Assembly (NCBI GenBank): GCA_002269645.1
Contig: NIVC01000530.1
Location: 62,001-126,000 of the forward strand
Direction: 5' to 3'
Origin: Macrostomum lignano
Taxonomy: Eukaryota
Length of the DNA stretch: 64,000 nucleotides
The notes beneath the pieces are model-generated. The model did not search any database and was not told the DNA's origin. It saw only the letters and a program-made list of their open reading frames with translations. How positions within the stretch are numbered: position 1 is the stretch's first letter; every line of letters starts with the position of its first letter. The position numbers and the translations under genes are program-made. Positions 54,089 through 64,000 of this stretch are shown one piece after another.

Positions 54089-54613
54089 ACAAGGCTCATA
54101 TTTAAGATAAGACTAATTAGAATATCTTGGATAGGTATAATATAAATCTCAAAACAAAATGAGTATCAAAATACTATAGTTAGTATAATGAGCAATAATA
54201 GGCTCAGCTAGTGATACATATGCACAATATTTCTTGCACAACAAATTGAAAAACTTGTATTATCCTCTTCTAAACCCCAGCCTAGTCATTCTAGGCTAGG
54301 CCTTAATACTTGACTCTAGAAGTATTAGAACTTTACTTTTTTGTCTTGGCTTATATCCTATCCTAATCATGTTATATCTCTATAGGCTATTTGTCATCAC
54401 CTATCAAGATAGCCATTCACCTGCAAAGATAGGTGTTAATAGCAATGGTAGATCCAAAGTGCTCAATATGACCTTAAATAGGCTAGATTTTTATTATCTT
54501 TCAAATTTGTAAGTAGCAACAGATATAATGGAGGGGAGCACTCTGATTTGTAGGAAATTAGTGACAATCCAAAGTTAGCACACATATAGACACTTTGCGA
54601 TGGTGTCTCATTT

Positions 54614-54893
54614 TTTATTACACCTGCCCCAATTGGGCCAGATGTGCAACCAACAGCTCAGCTGCAGCTATTAAAGACTCTACGGCTGTTCAGTCCAAGG
54701 ACTGGGGGGTCGCCACACAGCCTCAATTACCCCAGCTAATGCTGGCACCCATTTTACAGCTGGTTAAACTGAATCAATACAGAGTTAAATGTCTTGCTCA
54801 AAGATACAAACTGTTCCAGTGGAACGGGAATCGAACCCCTGACCTTTAAGTCGTGAGTTCAACGCTCTAACCATTGGGTTACAACCCCCTAGG
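54614..54893 (-). mobile_element. tRNA-derived SINE, same family as 46324-46597
   Basis: Reverse complement shares the A/B boxes and AAAATGGGTGCCAGCATTAGCTGGGGTAATTG. Confidence 0.8.
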
Positions 54894-55194
54894 AAGTTAT
54901 TTTTATTCACTTATCCACTGTTTATATTGGCACTTTATATACATCTATTTATTTCTTTGAATCAAGTTATGATCAAGTTATGTTTTCAACATTTCAGCTC
55001 CATACTTTGCTGCTCAATATATAGAAATTGATTGAAAGTCTGCTAAAAAGATACACAATTTGTTGAGGCGATAATTTCAATCAGTCAATTTCACTGGGGA
55101 GTCTTTGGGGGGATTTTGGGATCTGGTGAAAGAAAAACATCCTCTCTAGCATCAATTTGATCACAGTCGAACGACAGAAAGAAGGAAAACAGTA

Positions 55195-57443
55195 ATGACA
55201 GACCGAATGCGAGCTGGCGCGGTGCCAACACCGCCAGCCGGTTCCACTGGTCCTCATCTGCTGGATGTCGGCGGTGGCGGCGGTGGGATTCCGTCAGCTT
55301 TTCAACAGTCACATTATCAGTTCCCCGGAGCCACTCAGCAGCAGCAGCTGAGCCAGCAATTCGGACCAGGGGCCATTGATCCAGCAATCTACGCTGCTGG
55401 CGGCATTGCCAACGATAAGCGATGGGGCAGCAGCGGCGGTGGAGCTTCAACGATTGAAGCAGCCGGAGATCTGGATGTTGCTAGCCGGTTTGGCAGGCTG
55501 AATATCTGGGACCAGCAGGGTCGAGGCGGTGCTGGCGGCGTTGCGGGGGCCTCGGGCGGGCCGAAGGCTGCCTGGGGTGCACCGGCCGTCACCGATGGAC
55601 CGTTCATGGCTGGCAGCGGCGGAGGCTGGCCGTCGAGTCCTCAGTTGATGCAACAGCAACAGCAGCGGAGGCATCTGATGCAGCAGCAGCAGCACCCGAG
55701 CCTAGGTATCGGTAGCAGCAGCAGCGAGCACGCCATCTCTCAGCCGATCGATGTTGGCGGCGGAAGACGAGGAGCTGGAGGCGGCGGCGGCGGTCTGAGT
55801 GGTGCCGGCAGTGCCTCTGCCGCTTTTCAGGTTGGTGTCTGGTTGAAGAGAGCGAGCCATTTATGCAGCTCGTTGCGCCCGCTCTTTGATTGTCAGTCAT
55901 GTTTCACTGTTCGTGCCTTGCCTGCCTGTGTCTGTTAGCTTGTTTATCTGTCTGTCTGTGTGCATGCCTGTCTGTTTATCTGTCTGTTTATCTGTCTGTG
56001 TGCATGCCTGTTTGTCTGTCTGTGTCTGTAGATGCCTGTTGGTCTGTCTGTATCTGTAGATGCCTGTTGGTCTGTCTGTATCTGTAGATGCCTGTTGGTC
56101 TGTCTGTATCTGTAGATGCCTGTTGGTCTGTCTGTATCTGTAGATGCCTGTTGGTCTGTCTGTATCTGTAGATTCCTGTTTGTCTTCTGTGTCTGTAGAT
56201 GCCTATTTGTCTGTCTGTCCCTATCTGTAGATGCCTGTTTGTCTTCTGTGTCTGTAGATGCCTGTTTGTCTGTCTGTAGATGCCTGTTTGTCTGTCTGTA
56301 TCTGTAGATGCCTGTTTGTCTTCTGTGTCTGTAGATGCCTGTTTGTCTTCTGTGTCTGTAGATGCCTATTTGTCTTCTGTGTCTGTAGATGCCTGTTTGT
56401 CTTCTGTGTCTGTAGATGCCTGTTTGTCTGTCTGTGTCTGTAGATGCCTGTTTGTCTGTCTGTAGATGCCTGTTTGTCTGTCTGTAGATGCCTGTTTGTC
56501 TTCTGTGTCTGTAGATGCCTGTTTGTCTTCTGTGTCTGTAGATGCCTGTTTGTCTTCTGTGTCTGTAGATGCCTGTTTGTCTGTCTGTAGATGCCTGTTT
56601 GTCTTCTGTGTCTGTAGATGCCTGTTTGTCTGTCTGTAGATGCCTGTTTGTCTGTCTGTATCTGTAGATGCCTGTTTGTCTTCTGTGTCTGTAGATGCCT
56701 GTTTGTCTTCTGTGTCTGTAGATGCCTGTTTGTCTTCTGTGTCTGTAGATGCCTGTTTGTCTTCTGTGTCTGTAGATGCCTGTTTGTCTGTCTGTGTCTG
56801 TAGATGCCTGTTGGTCTGTCTGTATCTGTAGATTCCTGTTTGTCTTCTGTGTCTGTAGATGCCTGTTTGTCTGTCTGTCCCTGTCTGTAGATGCCTGTTT
56901 GTCTTCTGTGTCTGTAGATGCCTGTTTGTCTTCTGTGTCTGTAGATGCCTGTTTGTCTTCTGTGTCTGTAGATGCCTGTTTGTCTTCTGTGTCTGTAGAT
57001 GCCTGTTTGTCTTCTGTGTCTGTAGATGCCTGTTTGTCTTCTGTGTCTGTAGATGCCTGTTTGTCTGTCTGTAGATGCCTGTTTATCTGTCTGTGGATGC
57101 CTATTTGTCTGTCTGTCCCTGTCTGTGCATGCCTGTTTTTCTGTCTGTTCCTATCTGTCTTCGGTTTTGTTTCAGTGTGTCTGTGTGTATGGCTATGCGT
57201 ATCATAAATACCTGTGTTTGGATATTTAGTATCTGTGTAAGTCAGTTAGTCTGTCTATCCTCATGCTTGTCATACCTAACTCTTACTGCATATTCACCAA
57301 TCCGCCCAATTCTGCCCGATTGCTACTGCAGGACGCCCTGTCTCCTAACAGCAGAGACCTGATGGCAACAGGGCTCCAGATAGTTGACCAGGTGCTAGAG
57401 AGCGGCTCTCCTTTAAATAGCGTTGGACATCCGTTGCAACACT

Positions 57444-57482
<39 letters not shown>

Positions 57483-60400
57483 CTCAACAGCAACAGCAGC
57501 AGAACAGCCTTAGCAACGGCTTAGCAACGGGGCCAATACAGCCGCACGAATATGTCAGCATGCTGGAGCAGCAGCAGCATTACAGCGAGCTTCAGCGTAG
57601 CTTCATGGCCCAGCATCATCGGTTGATGGAGAACCAGCAGCAGCAACAGCAGCACCCGGCAACCGCCTACGGTGCGGCATTCATGCCGTCCACGCCGCCA
57701 GAGTCTGGCGAGCTAGGCCTTTTTGAGCAGCATCATCATCCACGTCATCAGCTGCTTGCTCAGTCTCCGCCTCCGCTGACCGCTCATCCGCAGCACGTCG
57801 TGTTCTCGCCGCCTCCTCCTCCACCCCCGCCGCCATCGATGCATCATCAGCAGCATCCTTTTGGAACCTTCACTGACAGAGATCAGCAGCAGCAGCAGCA
57901 GCAGCAACCGCCTCCAGCGCCATCAACTCCGCAGCCGCACCAATTCATGCCAGCTTATAATAACTATTCCTTCCAACAGATGCTGCTGCAGCAGCAGCGC
58001 AGCGCCACTCCTGGCCAAACTGCCGACTCAAATGTCTTCCCTCATCATCCGCTGATCGATTATTTTGGCTCCTCACCGCCGCCTCCGATGACAATGCCGC
58101 CGCCTCCGCCGTCTCTTCAACAGCAGCAGCAGCAGCAACAGCAACAACAACAGCATCCAACAGTCGCTGCTCCCATCCAGCCTCCTCAGATGATGTCGCA
58201 ATTCAACTCCGCTGGTCTGTTTGGCCCCCCACCGCCTCATCAACAGAATTATCCTCCTATGCGATCGTCTAATCATCATCATCATCAGCTGATGCATCGA
58301 GGCGGCGCTCTGGGGCCGTCTAAAGATTCGCCAATGTCTGTTGCCAATGCCGCGACTGCGGCGGCTGCTGCCGCTGCTGCTGGCCGGTCTCGCCTGCTGG
58401 AAGATTTCCGGCAGAACCGACTGCCCAATCTTAGTTTGAAAGATCTGGTCGCCGCCGGTCACGTGGTTGAGTTTGCTCTGGTGAGGCGCTGTGTAGCTGG
58501 GGTATTGGGATTGACAGAGGAGGAGCTGTGGCAGAGCGGGTGGACAGACAGACATAGAGGAGCTGTGGCAGAGCGGGTGGACAGACAGACATAGAGGAGC
58601 TGTGGCAGAGCGGGCTGGACAGACAGACATAGAGGAGCTGTGGCAGAGCGGGTGGACAGACAGACATAGAGGAGCTGTGGCAGAGCGGGCTGGACAGACA
58701 GACTTAGAGGAGCTGTGGCAGAGCGGGCTGGACAGACAGACATAGAGGAGCTGTGGCAGAGCGGGTGGACAGACAGACATAGAGGAGCTGTGGCAGAGCG
58801 GGCTGGACAGACAGACATAGAGGAGCTGTGACAGAGCGGGCTGGACAGACAGACATAGAGGAGCTGTGGCAGAGCGGGTGGACAGACAGGCAGGAGCTGT
58901 GACAGAGCGGGCTGGACAGACAGACATAGAGGAGCTGTGGCAGAGCGGGCTGGACAGACAGACATAGAGGAGCTGTGGCAGAGCGGGCTGGACAGACAGA
59001 CATAGAGGAGCTGTGACAGAGCGGGCTGGACAGACAGACATAGAGGAGCTGTGGCAGAGCGGGTGGACAGACAGGCAGGAGCTGTGACAGAGCGGGCTGG
59101 ACAGACAGACATAGAGGAGCTGTGGCAGAGCGGGCTGGACAGACAGACATAAAGGAGCTGTGGCAGAGCGGGCTAGACAGACCGACATAGAGGAGCTGTG
59201 ACAGAGCGGGCTGGACAGACAGACATAGAGGAGCTGTGGCAGAGCGGGCTGGACAGACAGACATAGAGGAGCTGTGGCAGAGCGGGCTGGACAGATAGAC
59301 ATAGAGGAGCTGTGGCAGAGCGGGCCGGGCAGACAAATGACCATGATATTCCCGCACTGCAGGACCAGCACGGCTCGCGGTTCATCCAACAGAAGCTGGA
59401 ATCGGCCAGCCTTCAAGAGAAGACGCAGGTATTCGGCGAGCTGCTGCCGCAGTCCTACAGCTTAATGACTGACGTGTTTGGCAATTACGTGATTCAGAAA
59501 TTCTTCGAATTTGGCACACCAGAACAGCGGCAGATTCTGGCTAGTAGACTTCGCGGTCAGGTGTTGTCGCTGGCGCTGCAGATGTACGGCTGTCGGGTTA
59601 TTCAGAAAGCCCTGGAGTCCGTGTCCTCCGACCAGCAGGTGGAAATTGCCAAAGAGTTGGACGGTAACGTGATAAAGTGCGTCAAAGATCAGAATGGTAA
59701 TCACGTTGTACAAAAGTGCATCGAATGCGTTGAGCCAAGTAGTCTGGACTTTATTATCGACGCGTTTAAGAATGAGGTAAGTTTATTTTGAATCGCTCAG
59801 ATAAAATGCCCACTCTGGACCTAAATCGCCTAGGATCTTTCTTTATCCAATCCCGGCCTTCAAATCACCCCGTGTCTTTATCCAAGGCCGGCCTTCAAAT
59901 CACCCCGTGTCTTTATCCAAGTCCGGCCTTCAAATCATCCCGTGTCTTTATCCAAGTCCGGCCTTCAAATCACCCCGTGTCTTTATCCAAGGCCGGCCTT
60001 CAAATCACCCCGTGTCTTTATCCAAGGCCGGCCTTCAAATCACCCCGTGTCTTTATCCAAGTCCGGCCTTCAAATCACCCCGTGTCTTTATCCAAGTCCG
60101 GCCTTCAAATCACCCCGTGTCTTTATCCAAGTCCGGCCTTCAAATCACCCCGTGTCTTTATCCAAGGCCGGCCTTCAAATCACCCCGTGTCTTTATCCAA
60201 GGCCGGCCTTCAAATCACCCCGTGTCTTTATCCAATCCCGGCCTTCAAATCACCCCGTGTCTTTATCCAAGTCCGGCCTTCAAATCACCCCGTGTGTTTA
60301 TCCAATCCCGGCCTTCAAATCACCCCGTGTCTTTATCCAATCCCGGCCTTCAAATCACCCCGTGTCTTTATCCAAGGCCGGCCTTCAAATCACCCCGTGT

Positions 60401-62926
60401 CTTTATCCAAGTCCGGCCTTCAAATCACCCCGTGTGTTTATCCAATCCCGGCCTTCAAATCACCCCGTGTCTTTATCCAATCCCGGCCTTCAAATCACCC
60501 CGTGTCTTTATCCAATCCCGGCCTTCAAATCACCCCGTGTCTTTATCCAAGGCCGGCCTTCAAATCACCCCGTGTCTTTATCCAATCCCGGCCTTCAAAT
60601 CACCCCGTGTCTTTATCCAAGTCCGGCCTTCAAATCACCCCGTGTGTTTATCCAATCCCGGCCTTCAAATCACCCCGTGTCTTTATCCAATCCCGGCCTT
60701 CAAATCACCCCGTGTCTTTATCCAAGGCCGGCCTTCAAATCACCCCGTGTCTTTATCCAAGTCCGGCCTTCAAATCACTCCGTGTGTTTATCCAATCCCG
60801 GCCTTCAAATCACCCCGTGTCTTTATCCAATCCCGGCCTTCAAATCACCCCGTGTCTTTATCCAATCCCGGCCTTCAAATCACCCCGTGTCTTTATCCAA
60901 GTCCGGCCTTCAAATCACCCCGTGTCTTTATCCAAGTCCGGCCTTCAAATCACCCCGTGTCTTTATCCAAGTCCGGCCTTCAAATCACCCCGTGTCTTTA
61001 TCCAATCCCGGCCTTCAAATCACCCCGTGTCTTTATCCAAGTCCGGCCTTCAAATCACCCCGTGTGTTTATCCAATCCCGGCCTTCAAATCACCCCGTGT
61101 CTTTATCCAATCCCGGCCTTCAAATCACCCCGTGTCTTTATCCAAGGCCGGCCTTCAAATCACCCCGTGTCTTTATCCAAGTCCGGCCTTCAAATCACCC
61201 CGTGTGTTTATCCAATCCCGGCCTTCAAATCACCCCGTGTCTTTATCCAAGTCCGGCCTTCAAATCACCCCGTGTCTTTATCCAAGTCCGGCCTTCAAAT
61301 CACCCCGTGTCTTTATCCAAGGCCGGCCTTCAAATCACCCCGTGTCTTTATCCAAGTCCGGCCTTCAAATCACCCCGTGTCTTTATCCAATCCCGGCCTT
61401 CAAATCACCCCGTGTCTTTATCCAAGTCCGGCCTTCAAATCACCCCGTGTGTTTATCCAATTCCGGCCTTCAAATCACCCCGTGTCTTTATCCAAGGCCG
61501 GCCTTCAAATCACCCCGTGTCTTTATCCAATCCCGGCCTTCAAATCACCCCGTGTCTTTATCCAAGTCCGGCCTTCAAATCACCCATTGTCTTTATCCAA
61601 GGCCGGCCTTCAAATCACTCATTGTCTTTATCCAAGGCCGGCCTTCAAATCACCAATTGTCTTTATCCAAAGCCGGCCTTCAAATCACCAATTGTCTTTA
61701 TCCAAAGCCGGCCTTCAAATCACCAATTGTCTTTATCAAAACCAGCCTTTAAATCACCCATTGTCTTTATTCGAAATCTCATAGAATCTGATACAAACCC
61801 GCTTGCGGTTTCCTCTTCAGGTATTCTCTCTGTCTACTCATCCGTACGGTTGCCGCGTGATCCAACGCATACTGGAGCACTGCACGCCGAGCCAAACCCA
61901 GCCGATACTGGACGAATTGCATCAGTACACTGAGCGCCTGGTGCAGGATCAGTACGGAAACTACGTGATTCAGGTGAGTCGTGCAAGCTATTATCATTTT
62001 TGGTGGGTGTCATTATTAAATTTACCAATGCAATGTGCACGTATATAGCATACCTATTATTGCACCTAGATGACCCATGTAGAATTGTATGAGTCCTTAC
62101 ATAAACCCTGTTTATTGTTGTTAGTCTCCTTAAATGTCCTCTGTAGTACTATAGGCATGCCTTTAAATGATCCTTCTGTAGTATTACACGCGTCCTTAAA
62201 TGACCCAACTGCAGTATTACACGCGTCCTTAAATGACCCAACTGCAGTAGTACACGCGTCCTTAAACGACCCAACTGCAGTATTACACGCCTGTCCTTAA
62301 ACGACCCCAATGCAGTATTACTCGCGACTCACGTGTCCTTAAATGACCCCTATGCAGTATCAGTGTTAAAAGTGTGTCCTTAAATGACCTTTGTATTATT
62401 GCATGTGTAACCCTCAATGACCCCTGCCCTAAAATGACCCCAACCCTCACCCGTCCCTCAATGTCAGCACGTGCTGGAGCACGGCAAGCCGGAAGACAAG
62501 AGCCGCATCGTGAGCCTATTGCGCGGCAAATTCATTTCGCTATCGTCGCACAAATTCGCCAGCAATGTTGTTGAAAAGGTGGTGGCCCACTCAAGTCGAC
62601 AGGAGCGCCAGGCTTTGATAGCCGAAATACTGGACGATCCGGATCCGCAAGCTCTGTACAATATGATGAAGGATCAGTTTGCTAATTACGTCATCCAGCG
62701 GATGCTGGACGCTGCGGATCCGGGCCAGCGCAAGGCCCTGATGCACCGGATCCGGCCGCACATACCCGGGCTGAGGAAGTTCACCTACGGCAAGCATATT
62801 ATAGCTAAAATTGAAAAGTACTTTCTAAAATCTGGCGAAGGACAGCAGCAGCATCAGCAGGACTTGGACGGGCACTCTAGCGGCGCCAGCAGTCTTAACA
62901 GCAGCCAAAACAATGGCGGATTATAA
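55195..62926 (+). CDS. PUM: Pumilio (PUF-domain RNA-binding protein), five exons
   Basis: Exons 55195-55830, 57332-58480, 59363-59776, 61821-61973 and 62468-62926, all phase 0. Q/P/G-rich N terminus, [12 protein letters not shown], and eight PUF repeats ([72 protein letters not shown]). Confidence 0.95.
55920..57130. repeat. About 27-bp minisatellite (TGTAGATGCCTGTTTGTCTTCTGTGTC), Pumilio intron 1
   Basis: Direct reading. Confidence 0.93.
58520..59325. repeat. 38-bp minisatellite (GAGGAGCTGTGGCAGAGCGGGCTGGACAGACAGACATA), Pumilio intron 2
   Basis: Direct reading. Confidence 0.95.
59830..61770. repeat. 35-bp minisatellite (CAAATCACCCCGTGTCTTTATCCAAGTCCGGCCTT), Pumilio intron 3
   Basis: Direct reading; source of the three ORFs over 600 aa. 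Confidence 0.96.
62160..62420. repeat. 33-bp degenerate minisatellite, Pumilio intron 4
   Basis: CACGCGTCCTTAAATGACCCAACTGCAGTATTA units. Confidence 0.85.
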
Positions 62927-63221
62927 TTACTTATTCATTGTTTCCTTTTGGTTAGTTCCCAATCTAATTAGTGTGCTCTATAATTATATATTTATCATCT
63001 AATGGAATCGGTGATCCCCCATCTTGTCTTCCCTGTAAATCAATAGGTTGTTGCGGTTGTGCTGGGTTGTCATGTTATTAAATTCCCTGTCGATAACTGA
63101 CTGGTTTGCTACTAGTTATACTACTGGTAATTAGTTTATTTAGTAGTATAATCTTATCTTAATTACTTGATAGAGTTGAACATGTCAATCTCAAGTTAAA
63201 TTCTGAATGGTATCATAATCA

Positions 63222-63800
63222 TTAGTGACAGCGTGAACAGTCAGTGATTACCATTAGTGACAGCGTGAACAGTCAGTGATTATCATTAGTGACAGTGTGA
63301 ACAGTCAGTGATTACCATTAGTGACAGCGTGAACAGTCAGTGATTACCATTAGTGACAGCGTGAACAGTCAGTGATTACCATTAGTGACAGCGTGAACAG
63401 TCAGTGATTATCATTAGTGACAGCGTGAACAGTCAGTGATTACCATTAGTGACAGCGTGAACAGTCAGTGATTATCATTAGTGACAGCGTGAACAGTCAG
63501 TGATTATCATTAGTGACAGCGTGAACAGTCAGTGATTACCATTAGTGACAGCGTGAACAGTCAGTGATTACCATTAGTGACAGCGTGAACAGTCAGTGAT
63601 TACCATTAGTGACAGCGTGAACAGTCAGTGATTACCATTAGTGACAGCGTGAACAGTCAGTGATTACCATTAGTGACAGCGTGAACAGTCAGTGATTACC
63701 ATTAGTGACAGCGTGAACAGTCAGTGATTACCATTAGTGACAGCGTGAACAGTCAGTGATTACCATTAGTGACAGCGTGAACAGTCAGTGATTATCATTT
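63222..63800. repeat. 32-bp near-perfect tandem array (ATTAGTGACAGCGTGAACAGTCAGTGATTACC)
   Basis: About 18 head-to-tail copies with no spacers. Confidence 0.96.
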
Positions 63801-64000
63801 CTGAACTCTGAAAGGAGTTTATTAGTAATAAGAAGCGGAATTTAGCGAAATTGACTCACCATTCTACTGATTAGTAGTTGAAGCAGCCAGGAGACTTGTA
63901 GTTTGCATGCAGAAGTGGAACTCCAGCTAACCGTTTTTTACCTATGAAGTCACCTTGTATAATTAATTTCATTTTCTATCGAGTTAGTTTAGCAGCTTTA

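Noticed and set aside
57332-58480. PolyQ/polyP tracts of Pumilio as a novelty
   Set aside because: Low-complexity Q-rich N termini are normal for Pumilio proteins.
59788-61933. Three ORFs of 625-663 aa as real genes
   Set aside because: They come from a stop-free 35-bp repeat inside Pumilio intron 3 (59777-61820).
63222-63800. CRISPR array
   Set aside because: The repeats are head-to-tail with no unique spacers, there are no cas genes, and the context is eukaryotic.

Overview
This is eukaryotic, intron-rich animal genomic DNA. The minisatellite-filled introns, (TGTC)n tracts and gene set suggest a free-living flatworm such as Macrostomum, but the species is an inference. Seven spliced host genes can be rebuilt by hand from GT-AG junctions that keep the frame. 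On the + strand they are a DEG/ENaC channel (3' part), a universal stress protein, a C2H2 zinc-finger gene, a GCKR/MurQ-like SIS protein, telomerase reverse transcriptase (TERT, about 728 aa, apparently without a TEN domain) and Pumilio. On the - strand there is a tentative Mab-21/cGAS-like gene. The window also holds a U4 snRNA gene and many mobile elements: an intact DD34D mariner, a decayed RTE-like LINE, a non-autonomous hAT, a P-element/THAP9 transposon inserted into a telomere-motif satellite, a Ty3/Gypsy LTR element inside a TERT intron, two SINEs and MITEs. Most long ORFs in the supplied track are translations of tandem repeats. The least explained signal is two dispersed copies of the 28S rRNA segment targeted by R2, I-PpoI and Pokey; both keep the flanks, have lost the cleavage core, and lie just upstream of candidate gene 5' exons.
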